A stretch of 64,000 bases of DNA, taken from NCBI GenBank assembly GCA_043720595.1, contig JAYSSK010000136.1:7478-71477 (forward strand), given 5' to 3'. A program made the translations under genes and the position numbers. Positions within the stretch are counted from its first letter, which is position 1, and each line of letters begins with the position of its first letter. Source of the DNA: Acidimicrobiia bacterium. GTDB lineage: Bacteria > Actinomycetota > Acidimicrobiia > Acidimicrobiales > JANYDT01. A model generated the notes under the pieces. It saw only the letters and a list, made by a program, of their open reading frames with translations, searched no databases and was not told where the DNA came from. This document shows, piece by piece, positions 37,043 to 45,882 of this stretch.

Positions 37043-37857
37043 GCTGGCTGCCCCAGGTACGCCTCGATCACCCGAGGATTGGACGTGATTTCAGACGGCA
37101 GGCCTTCGGCAATCTTCTGGCCGAAGTCAAGCACCATGATGCGTTCTGCGACGTCCATGACCATGTGCATGTCGTGTTCGACCAGGATCATAGAAATACC
37201 GAGTTCGTCCTTGATCTCCAAGATATAGCGCGCCATGTCTTCGGTCTCTGTTGCGTTCATTCCTGCGACTGGTTCGTCGAGGAGGAGGAGCTTCGGGTCC
37301 ATACAGAGCGCTCGGGCCAACTCCATGCGCTTTTGCACACCGTAAGGCAACATACCAACCGGTTGGCCTCGGTACAGGTGCAGGTCGAGGAGGTGCATCA
37401 CTTCTTCGACCCGGCGACGATGGCTGATTTCCTCATTGCGTGCACGCCCGGCGAACATCATGCCGGACAGGAAGCCGCCCTTCATCAGGTGATGACGGCC
37501 GAGCATGAGGTTGGCAACGACGTCGAGGTTCTTGAACAGCCCGATGTTCTGGAACGTCCGGGCGATGCCAAGTTGCACGGTGTACGGAGGTTTCTTGCCG
37601 ATGACATCGTGGCCCTCCATCCGGATGGTGCCTTCCTGGGGGTGGTACACGGCATTCAGACAGTTGAAGATCGACGTCTTGCCGGCACCGTTCGGACCGA
37701 TGATGGCGAACAGCTCGTTGGGGAACACATCGAACGACACGTCGGAGATGGCTGTGACCCCTCCGAATCGCATTGTGATGTCGCGGACCTCGAGCAACGG
37801 TGCTTGTGATGTTCCCATACGTTCCTTGATACCTGGGGTGAGTCCCGCCACGGTCAT
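37039..37857 (-). CDS. Liv-type ABC ATP-binding protein (LivG-like)
   Basis: GPNGAGKT, ARTFQN, LPYG, LLLDEP, VEHDM, VIEAYLG. Confidence 0.94.
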   Translation of the reverse strand: MTVAGLTPGIKERMGTSQAPLLEVRDITMRFGGVTAISDVSFDVFPNELFAIIGPNGAGKTSIFNCLNAVYHPQEGTIRMEGHDVIGKKPPYTVQLGIARTFQNIGLFKNLDVVANLMLGRHHLMKGGFLSGMMFAGRARNEEISHRRRVEEVMHLLDLHLYRGQPVGMLPYGVQKRMELARALCMDPKLLLLDEPVAGMNATETEDMARYILEIKDELGISMILVEHDMHMVMDVAERIMVLDFGQKIAEGLPSEITSNPRVIEAYLGQPA

Positions 37858-38660
37858 GAATACTCTCGTTTGCGCCGGTACGACTTCAGGTCGCGGTAAC
37901 TGGTGTGCTGCGTCTCGCCGCCCAGATAAAGCGCCCGGATTTCGTCGTCGTTGGCCAGTGCGGCGCCGGTACCCTCTTTCGCAACCCGCCCTGTCTCCAT
38001 GATGTAGGCGTAGTCCGAGACCGACAAGGCTTTCGCCGCGTTCTGCTCGACTAACAGCACGCTGGTTCCTTGGGCGTTGATGGTCTTGACGATTTCGAAG
38101 ATCTGTTCAACGATGATCGGTGCCAGACCTAGTGAGGGCTCGTCCATGATGAGCAACTCGGGGTTGGCCATTAGTGCACGGGCGATTGCCAGCATCTGTT
38201 GCTCGCCACCCGACATATAACCCGCAGTTTGCTTATGGCGTTCTTTCAGCCGTGGAAAGAGATCCATCGCCCGCTCGTAGCTGGCCCTGACCTCCCCTTT
38301 GTCCCTGCGCGTATAGCTACCGGCTTGCAAGTTCTCGTCGACAGTGAGTTCGGCAAAGATTCGGCGACCCTCCATCACCTGCGCCATGCCGGCACGGACG
38401 TTGTTGGACGGATCTTTGCCCGTGATGTCCAACCCCTTCAGCGTCACCGAACCCGCGGTAATTCGACCTCCTTGGTAGACGAGAAGACCGGATATCGCTC
38501 TGAGTGTGGTGGTCTTCCCGGCTCCGTTGGCGCCGAGGATGGACACGATCGACCCTCGGGGAACCGAAAGCGAGACGCCACGGAGAACCTGGATTGCGCC
38601 ACCGTAGACCACACTGACATCGGTCAGGTTGAGCATGGGGCTGTCTTGTTGTGCCGACAT
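37854..38660 (-). CDS. Liv-type ABC ATP-binding protein (LivF-like)
   Basis: GANGAGKT, MSGGEQQM, DEPSLGLAP, VEQN; ATG 38660 chosen as start. Confidence 0.94.
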   Translation of the reverse strand: MSAQQDSPMLNLTDVSVVYGGAIQVLRGVSLSVPRGSIVSILGANGAGKTTTLRAISGLLVYQGGRITAGSVTLKGLDITGKDPSNNVRAGMAQVMEGRRIFAELTVDENLQAGSYTRRDKGEVRASYERAMDLFPRLKERHKQTAGYMSGGEQQMLAIARALMANPELLIMDEPSLGLAPIIVEQIFEIVKTINAQGTSVLLVEQNAAKALSVSDYAYIMETGRVAKEGTGAALANDDEIRALYLGGETQHTSYRDLKSYRRKREYS

Positions 38661-38809
38661 GGAACGACTGGACCTGCTGACTTGTTGAGAACTGGGGCTG
38701 ACCGAGGGAGGAACCGAAAAGAGTAGTGCCGTGACGCGGGTCACTAGGGGAAGATCATGGCACAACCCTGAGCGACAACTTCGAATCGCCCCGGCATGAA
38801 TCTCAGGTC

Positions 38810-40360
38810 ATGCTTGGTATGCCAGCATCGATGGTGATGCCACGCCGCCTACGAAACGATGCCGGCCTGGACCGCGCCGTCGATGAGTTCATTCACGACG
38901 TCCATCTGGTGCTCACCGGGATGGCGGGCGACCTTCCAGCGCCAGTGGCCGCAAAGCTGGAATCCGACGTCACCATCGAGGCATCGAATCTCACGCTCGC
39001 CGTAATCGACTCTGATCTGCGCCACACCGACATCGAACTCGACGCATACGTGTCTGCGTTCGGCCACCGCTTCGATTCGCAACTCAGCTGGGCATCGAGC
39101 AACGACGTCCGCAAGGCCGGTCTTGCGACAGACAAGCGCCATTGGCTTACCACGCGGACCGAACTGTTCGACCTCATTGCGGCTGCTGATGCTCGCAACC
39201 GCACTGCTCACGCGTGGACCTACTACGACCGCGCCATGCGGATCGCACATACCGTCTGTGCACTCGACGCGCGCCCTTCAGACGACGAACTCGTGGCCGT
39301 AGACGGCTTTCGGTCCACGCTGGTCAACGCCATGACCGCCCGGGGTATAACCCGCCCGGGGTCCCGGTCTGGCTTGTTTCCGCCCACCTCTGCCGATGGC
39401 CTCCAGTCGCCGACCAGTGCTCATTATGGTTTCCCATCCGGCTCCGGTGATTCAGCAGCTACGTCTGCAGTAGCCGCGCAGGGCACCAAAGTTCCAGAGG
39501 CCGAAGTGCAAGCAGCGCCCGAACCGCTCGAAGACCTCCTGGCCGAATTGGACCACCTTGTCGGTCTCGACGGGGTGAAAGCCGAAGTGCGCCTTGTCAC
39601 CAACATGCTTCAAGTTCAGCAACTCCGTAAAGAGCGCGGCCTTCCGCTGGTCGATGCGTCTCGCCACCTCGTCTTCACCGGCAACCCAGGCACGGGAAAG
39701 ACAACCGTCGGGCGCCTGCTGGCGCGCATCTACCGCACCCTCGGCGTGGTCGACAAAGGCCACCTGGTCGAGACCGACCGAGCTGGCCTGGTCGCTGGCT
39801 ACGTCGGGCAGACCGCTATCAAGGTCACCGAGGTGTTCGACAAGTCCCGGGGAGGCGTGCTGCTGATCGACGAGGCATACGCGCTTGCACGCGGCGGCGA
39901 GAAAGACTTTGGACGCGAGGCCATCGACACGTTGGTGAAGCTCATCGAAGACCGCCGTGATGACACGGTGGTCATCGCAGCCGGTTACCCGGTCGAAATG
40001 GCCGAGTTCATCAGTGCCAACCCCGGCCTTCGGTCCCGCTTTCCGAAGACCATTCACTTTGCCGACTACACCGACGACCAGTTGCTGAGCATCTTCGCCA
40101 AGCAATGTGAGAAAGCAAAGTATGTGCTCTCGCCCGAAACGTCGCAAGCCATCAGAATGTGGTTTGCGTCCCAGCCCCGAACACAAGGGTTCGGAAATGG
40201 TCGCCTGGCCCGCAACCTGTTCGAAGCTGCGGTCGCTAACCAGGCTTCGCGTTTGATGAAGGATCGTTTGCCCGACGCCGCTCCCCTCACGGACGACGCT
40301 TTGTTGGCGCTCGAAACAGCCGACGTGCCCCAATTGCCCCAATTGCCGGGAGATCTGTAA
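38810..40360 (+). CDS. SpoVK/CbbX/EccA-type AAA+ ATPase with N-terminal helical (TerB-like?) domain
   Basis: LVGLDGVK, HLVFTGNPGTGKT, LLIDEAY, NPGLRSRF, FGNGRLARN. Confidence 0.9.
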   Translation: MLGMPASMVMPRRLRNDAGLDRAVDEFIHDVHLVLTGMAGDLPAPVAAKLESDVTIEASNLTLAVIDSDLRHTDIELDAYVSAFGHRFDSQLSWASSNDVRKAGLATDKRHWLTTRTELFDLIAAADARNRTAHAWTYYDRAMRIAHTVCALDARPSDDELVAVDGFRSTLVNAMTARGITRPGSRSGLFPPTSADGLQSPTSAHYGFPSGSGDSAATSAVAAQGTKVPEAEVQAAPEPLEDLLAELDHLVGLDGVKAEVRLVTNMLQVQQLRKERGLPLVDASRHLVFTGNPGTGKTTVGRLLARIYRTLGVVDKGHLVETDRAGLVAGYVGQTAIKVTEVFDKSRGGVLLIDEAYALARGGEKDFGREAIDTLVKLIEDRRDDTVVIAAGYPVEMAEFISANPGLRSRFPKTIHFADYTDDQLLSIFAKQCEKAKYVLSPETSQAIRMWFASQPRTQGFGNGRLARNLFEAAVANQASRLMKDRLPDAAPLTDDALLALETADVPQLPQLPGDL

Positions 40361-41023
40361 ATGAGTGCCGTACTGGTGCTCGCAATGGTCGCCGTCGTCT
40401 TGACCGCGGCTCTGGCTTACGTCGCAATGTCGTCCAAACGAGGTCGAGTCGGCGGCACACAACAGCCCTCGATAGATCCGTTCACGCTGCAAGACCCTTG
40501 GCGTCGCCACGTCCAGAACGCTCTTGGAGCACGAGCCAAGGTGGGACGCGCCATTGATATGCGCGCTGAAGGTCCGACTCGGGACCGGCTGATGGACCTG
40601 TGCCGTGAGATCGACAGTGTCGTCGCACGCATTTGGGAGGTCGCCTCTGAAGGTCACCGCCTCACGTCGGCCAGCCGCCTCACCGAGCTCTCGTCGCTCG
40701 AACGCAAGCTGACCGATGCGGAATCTGCGTCGGCGAACTCCCCTGCGGACCGCGCTGAGGAAGCGCAGGCGTCGTTGGCTTCGGTCCGGACCTCGGTCGA
40801 GGTGGCCCGACGCCTTGCAGCTGCCCGAACCGATTCCGACGCGCAGCTCCGTTCGCTTGGATCACGCCTCGACGAGTTGGTCATTCGGACGATCGAAGTC
40901 ACCACTGTGCAGGTCAGCCCCGCAGATTCTGAGTCACTTCGTGTCGACCTCGACGCAATGATTGTTGACCTAGAGGGACTCAGACAGGGTTTGCAGGACA
41001 CTCGGCTCCTCGCTGAGGGGTAA
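40361..41023 (+). CDS. Membrane-anchored coiled-coil protein (PspM-like?)
   Basis: N-terminal TM helix then heptad-rich helices; starts immediately after the AAA stop (TAAATG). Confidence 0.8.
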   Translation: MSAVLVLAMVAVVLTAALAYVAMSSKRGRVGGTQQPSIDPFTLQDPWRRHVQNALGARAKVGRAIDMRAEGPTRDRLMDLCREIDSVVARIWEVASEGHRLTSASRLTELSSLERKLTDAESASANSPADRAEEAQASLASVRTSVEVARRLAAARTDSDAQLRSLGSRLDELVIRTIEVTTVQVSPADSESLRVDLDAMIVDLEGLRQGLQDTRLLAEG

Positions 41024-41122
41024 AGCATGGCACGGGGTGGCCAGAGCCCTTTCAGGGAAAGCTCCGGGAGATCCCTGACCACAAGTCCCGGCGGGTCGCC
41101 CGCTGATGGTTAGCATCACTCC

Positions 41123-41917
41123 ATGTCCATCATTACCAAGTCTTGGAAGTACCTCATCGCCCTCCTTACCGGGAAGTTCAACGAGAAGGCCGACCCAAAG
41201 GTTCAGCTCGAACAAGCGTTGCTCGAAGCACAAGATCAGCATCGGCGTTTGAAAGAACAGGCAGCCAGTGTCCTGGCCAATCAGAAGACCACGCAGCTCC
41301 AACTTGATCGCAAGATGGACGACCTGGAGAAGATCAATGCCTCTGCCCGCCAGGCGGTCTTGATGGCCGATGAGGCACAGCGCAAGGCGGATCCGGCCAA
41401 GGCTGCTGAATACACCCGCGCAGCGGAGAGTTTTGCGAATCGACTGATTGCGCTGGAATCCGAAGTTGAGGGTCTGAAAAACATGAACCTTCAGGCAACC
41501 GGCGCAGCCGATCAGGCTAAGGCCGCCGTACAAACCTCGTCTTCGCAGCTGCAAAAGAAGTTGGCCGAACGACAGAAGCTGCTGAGCCAGCTCGACCAGG
41601 CCAAGATGCAGGAACAGATGAACAAGACCATGGAACAGCTATCCGAAACGGTTGGCGGTGACGTCCCTTCACTCGACGAGGTCCGGGCCAAGATCGAGCA
41701 GCGTTACGCCAAAGCGCAGGGCACCGCAGAGTTGCAGGGCTCCACGGTCGAGGCCCGCATGCTCGAGGTCGAGCAGGCAAGCCTCAATACCGAAGCGCAA
41801 GCTCGTTTGTCTCAGATCAAGGCGCAACTCGGCCTCGGCGGTGCAACCATCGAGACGCCTGCAGCGCCAACTGCAGCGCCGGCTACGCCGCAACCCGGAA
41901 CTTCTCAACCAGGCTGA
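41123..41917 (+). CDS. pspA: PspA/IM30 family protein (actinobacterial Rv2744c type)
   Basis: KSWKYLIAL...ADPKVQLEQAL, LLSQLDQAKMQEQM, PSLDEVRAKIEQRYAKAQG, ARLSQIK. Confidence 0.93.
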   Translation: MSIITKSWKYLIALLTGKFNEKADPKVQLEQALLEAQDQHRRLKEQAASVLANQKTTQLQLDRKMDDLEKINASARQAVLMADEAQRKADPAKAAEYTRAAESFANRLIALESEVEGLKNMNLQATGAADQAKAAVQTSSSQLQKKLAERQKLLSQLDQAKMQEQMNKTMEQLSETVGGDVPSLDEVRAKIEQRYAKAQGTAELQGSTVEARMLEVEQASLNTEAQARLSQIKAQLGLGGATIETPAAPTAAPATPQPGTSQPG

Positions 41918-41921
41918 TAGG

Positions 41922-41955
41922 CAGATCAGCAGCTCAGATCAGCAGCTCAGATCAG
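41922..41955. repeat. 13-bp tandem repeat (CAGATCAGCAGCT) x2.6 between convergent genes
   Basis: CAGATCAGCAGCT CAGATCAGCAGCT CAGATCAG. Confidence 0.85.
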
Positions 41956-42473
41956 TTCGGCGGCTCGGCTCGGCACGCTAGGGGCAACCCAATCGGGTCG
42001 AGTCGTCCCGTGTGCACGTCATACACTGCACCCCACACCACCGACCCGTGTGGCAGATATGGGCACTGCGCAATGCGGGCCACATCTTCAGTCACGCTGT
42101 CCGTCTCGTCTTCGAACGCATAGAAGTCGATGTCGGGGCGGTGGCCCGACACCTCTTGGATTCGGTCTGCCAGCGCATCGTTCGTGATTCGATGCAAGCC
42201 GCAACCGGTGTGGTGAATCACCACAAACTCACGAGTTCCAAGTGCATTGGCCGACAGGATCAAGGATCGCATGGCGTCGTCGGTGGCTCTGCCGCCGGCG
42301 TTTCGAATGAGGTGCGAGTCACCGACCTCAAGGCCAAGCAGCCTGAACAGGTCCAGCCTTGCGTCCATGCATGTGAGCACAGCGACGTGGCGCACCGGTT
42401 GCGCCGTGTGCTGGTTCGGCACGAACGCAGCTTTGTAGTGCGCGGCAGCGTTGAGGATCTGGACCCGTTCCAC
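41952..42473 (-). CDS. Beta-class carbonic anhydrase
   Basis: LTCMDARL, IRNAGGR, HHTGCG zinc ligands, YDVHTG. Confidence 0.94.
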   Translation of the reverse strand: MERVQILNAAAHYKAAFVPNQHTAQPVRHVAVLTCMDARLDLFRLLGLEVGDSHLIRNAGGRATDDAMRSLILSANALGTREFVVIHHTGCGLHRITNDALADRIQEVSGHRPDIDFYAFEDETDSVTEDVARIAQCPYLPHGSVVWGAVYDVHTGRLDPIGLPLACRAEPPN

Positions 42474-42577
42474 ACGGCCACCCTACCAACACATGAAGTT
42501 CACTACATGAATTAAGGATCGCATATTGCGGATGTCACACCAGCTGCTCGATGACCGGTGCCCGACTCGATCGGGAA

Positions 42578-43664
42578 TCAGACAGTGATCACCAGATCGT
42601 CGCGGTGGACCATCACCGTTGCGACATCGTCGGGAAGATCTGAAGACCGCTTCCCTGCCGCCTGGGCGGCCGAACGAGAGTCGTAGCGAACAAGCCCACG
42701 AGCAAACGGCGCGCCGTCGGGCCCAGCAATCTCGACTGCCGCGCCGTCGTCGAACTCGCCGTTCACCGAGACAACACCAGCCGGAAGAAGCGACACACCG
42801 CGCGCTATGAGTGCCTCTTTGGCGCCGGCATCGACGGTGAGGGTTCCCTCGGCTTCGACCGCGAAGCCGATCCACAGCTTTCGAGCGCTGAGGGCGCGTT
42901 CTTGGGGCAAAACCTCGGTGCCAACCGACATCCTCTTGGCAGCGTCGACCAAGACCCCAGGACGTGCAGCGTTGGCTATCACCGTGCGGACGCCGGACAA
43001 CGACGCCATTCGTGCTGCCTGGATCTTCGAACGCATCCCTCCACTGCCGCCCGCGGTACCCGACCCGCCAGCGAGCTGTTCGACAGCTGGCGTGATGGAT
43101 GTCAGTTGCGCGACGAGTTGGGCATGAGTTCTTGCGCGGATCGTCTGTGTACAGATCATTCATGTCGGTCAGCAAGACCAACAGCTCGGCAGAGACCAAA
43201 TGCGCGACGAGAGCAGCGATGCGATCGTTGTCACCGAATCGGAGCTCGTCGTCTGCCAACGCGTCGTTCTCGTTCACCACCGGAACCACCCCAAGGTCGA
43301 GCAGTCGTTGGAAGGTGTTGCGAGCGTGAAGGTACTGAGCTCGGTCAAAGAAGTCGTTCGGGGTGAGCAGGGCTTGGCCGGAAATCAACCCGACAGCGGC
43401 GAACGCCTCGTCCCACGCTTTCATCAACCGGGACTGCCCGACGGCCGACACGGCCTGCTTAGTGAGCACGTCGTTCGGACGGGCCATACCAAGCGCCTGT
43501 AGTCCAGCTGCTACTGCGCCGGAGGAGACCACAACCACCCGATAACCAGCAATTCGCAGCTCGGAGACCTGGCTCACGAGAGTGTCGACCACCGCAGCCG
43601 AAACGCCGCCAGCCGCGTCGGTAATGGACGACGTCCCAATCTTCACAACGACGGTGCCGCCCAT
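42578..43664 (-). pseudogene. proB: Glutamate 5-kinase split by a frameshift near 43125 (pseudogene or sequencing error)
   Basis: Frame 1: VVKIGTSS, VSSGAVAAG, VNEND, FGDND, LYTDDPRKN; next frame continues AQLV...GGMRSKIQAA...RKLWI, SLLPAGV, PUA domain, VHRDDL. Confidence 0.88.
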
Positions 43665-43700
43665 CAGCGACTCCTTGACAGCAGACCGAGCAGCATGAGT

Positions 43701-44990
43701 TCAGTCGAACTCGAATTCGAAGTCGCCGACCCGAACGATGTCGCCGGGTTTCGCTCCTGCACGAGCCAAGGCGCGGTCGACGCCGATGGTCTTGAGTTGC
43801 TGATGAACGTGACGGAGTGCTTGAACGTTGTTGATGTCGGAAACGGCAACGGCGCGCTCGGCAGAACGGCCGATGACGCGCCACACGGCATCGTCACCGC
43901 GTTCGATGCGTACCCCATGCTCATCGGGGCGATGAACGACGTACGTGGCGGCCTGAGGATCGGCAGCGCGGGTTTCTGCCACCAGAGGCGCAAGGGCGAT
44001 CAGCACATCGCGAACGCCGTAACCCATGACAGCAGACATACAAAGCTTCGGGGCGTCTGGAAGCAAGGAGAGCAGTTCTTCTCGAGTCGCACCGACCGCA
44101 CCGATGGCGTCAAGCTTTGTCCCAACGACGAGACGCGGCCGGGTGAGTAGCTCGGGCCGATATGCGCCCAGCTCTTCAAGCAAGATCGCCTCTTGGCGCG
44201 CTGGTGGAAGCTGATCTGCGGCTGATAGGTCGATCAGGACCAGGAGCACCCTGGCCCGCTCGACATGGCGCAGGAACTGATGACCAAGGCCCTTGCCGTC
44301 CGCAGCGCCCTCGATGAGACCCGGAATGTCGGCCATGACAAACTCGAAGTCACCGCGAGGGTCGAGTGGGGTACCGAACCGTTCCAATCGGACAACTCCG
44401 AGATGGGGTTCTAACGTGGTGAACGGGTAGTCGGCAATCTTGGGTTTCGCAGCCGACACCGTAGAGATGAACGTGGACTTACCGGCATTTGGGAACCCGA
44501 CGAGAGCAACGTCGGCCATCAGCTTCAGCTCGAGGTTGAACCAAAGTTCCTCACCCACTTCTCCTTGCTCGGCGAAGTCTGGGGCCCGTCGGCGATTCGA
44601 GAGGAAGCTGGCGTTGCCGCGCCCCCCTCGCCCACCGCGGGCTGCAATCCACTTATGCCCCTCGGTGGCCAAGTCGGCAAGGACGCGTCCGAACTGATCT
44701 GCAACGACGGTACCAACTGGAACCGGAACAACCGTGTCAGTACCGCGACGCCCATGGGCCTCTTTGCCACGACCATGGGTTCCGTCGTTGGCCCTCCGGA
44801 ACGGATGGTCGCGAAAACCAATCAGCGACGCGATGTTGCGGTCGGCGACCAACACAACGTCACCGCCGCCTCCCCCGTTGCCGCCGTCTGGACCACCCTT
44901 CGGCACGAACGGCTCACGACGCGTTGACACCGCTCCCGCTCCACCGTCGCCGGCCTTTACATGAAGCTGGGATTCGTCAACGAACGGCAT
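43701..44990 (-). CDS. obgE: GTPase ObgE/CgtA
   Basis: FVDE, GGPDGGNGG, GFPNAGKS, KIADYPFTT, DIPG, TKLD. Confidence 0.98.
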   Translation of the reverse strand: MPFVDESQLHVKAGDGGAGAVSTRREPFVPKGGPDGGNGGGGGDVVLVADRNIASLIGFRDHPFRRANDGTHGRGKEAHGRRGTDTVVPVPVGTVVADQFGRVLADLATEGHKWIAARGGRGGRGNASFLSNRRRAPDFAEQGEVGEELWFNLELKLMADVALVGFPNAGKSTFISTVSAAKPKIADYPFTTLEPHLGVVRLERFGTPLDPRGDFEFVMADIPGLIEGAADGKGLGHQFLRHVERARVLLVLIDLSAADQLPPARQEAILLEELGAYRPELLTRPRLVVGTKLDAIGAVGATREELLSLLPDAPKLCMSAVMGYGVRDVLIALAPLVAETRAADPQAATYVVHRPDEHGVRIERGDDAVWRVIGRSAERAVAVSDINNVQALRHVHQQLKTIGVDRALARAGAKPGDIVRVGDFEFEFD

Positions 44991-45234
44991 AAGTCTCTTC
45001 GGTCTTCAAGCAGCGTTACAGAAAATGCGCCACGAATGGCGGCTGGTTTGGTTCAGCTCCATGGACATCACAGCGAACGGTACCCGCCCACAAGGAAGCG
45101 GGGGGACCGATTCGAACTGACGCGAAACGAGACCGGCACCACAAAGGGTGAAACCGGTCTCGGCAGAGCAGCGTTGAGCAGTGATGTCGGCGCGCTCATC
45201 GACCAAGTCGACGAGGCTCGACTAGAAGCGCGGA

Positions 45235-45486
45235 TCAGGCAGGAACGACGTTGACGAGCTTGCGTCCACGCCGCTCACCGAACTGGACGACGCCGTCGGC
45301 CGTTGCGAAGAGGGTGTCGTCGGAGCCCTTACCGACATTGTCGCCAGGGTGCACCGTGGTGCCACGCTGGCGAATGATGATGCCGCCTGCCTTGATGACC
45401 TGGCCTCCGTATACCTTGACGCCGAGGCGCTGGGCATTGGAGTCACGGCCGTTGCGGGTTGAGCCGCCACCTTTAGTTTTTGACAT
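45235..45486 (-). CDS. rpmA: 50S ribosomal protein L27
   Basis: [32 protein letters not shown]. Confidence 0.98.
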   Translation of the reverse strand: MSKTKGGGSTRNGRDSNAQRLGVKVYGGQVIKAGGIIIRQRGTTVHPGDNVGKGSDDTLFATADGVVQFGERRGRKLVNVVPA

Positions 45487-45514
45487 TTGACTGCTCTCCT
45501 GAAGAAAACGCTGG

Positions 45515-45823
45515 TCAGCCGGTGATGCCGGTGACTTCGACGACGGTGTACTGCTGGCGGTGACCCCAACGCTTACGGGCACGGGCCTTCGACTTGTACA
45601 TGAAGCCGACGATCTTTTCGCCCTTCACCTGGTCGATAACCTTGGCCGAAACGCGGGCCGAGCCGAGCGAAGCTTTGTCGGCACGAACGGTTGCACCGTC
45701 GACCACCATGATGGGGCTGAAGGTCACCTCGTCTCCAACGGCTACGCCTAGGTTCTCCACCTGCAAGGTCTGGCCCTGGGCGACTTTGTACTGCTTGCCA
45801 CCGGTCTTGATCACTGCATACAT
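45515..45823 (-). CDS. rplU: 50S ribosomal protein L21
   Basis: [21 protein letters not shown]. Confidence 0.98.
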   Translation of the reverse strand: MYAVIKTGGKQYKVAQGQTLQVENLGVAVGDEVTFSPIMVVDGATVRADKASLGSARVSAKVIDQVKGEKIVGFMYKSKARARKRWGHRQQYTVVEVTGITG

Positions 45824-45882
45824 AAGGGCGACAGCCTACACCTTGAGGTCGCGCGAACGCGACACCCTCGCCCGTCAGCCGG

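Noticed and set aside
38810-40360. AAA ATPase as CbbX (RuBisCO activase) or type VII secretion EccA
   Set aside because: No cbbLS, ecc or WXG100 genes nearby and no TPR N-domain; only the ATPase core is shared.
43110-43140. Programmed ribosomal frameshift in proB
   Set aside because: No slippery heptamer, stop-associated shift site or clear stimulatory structure seen; error or pseudogene is more likely.
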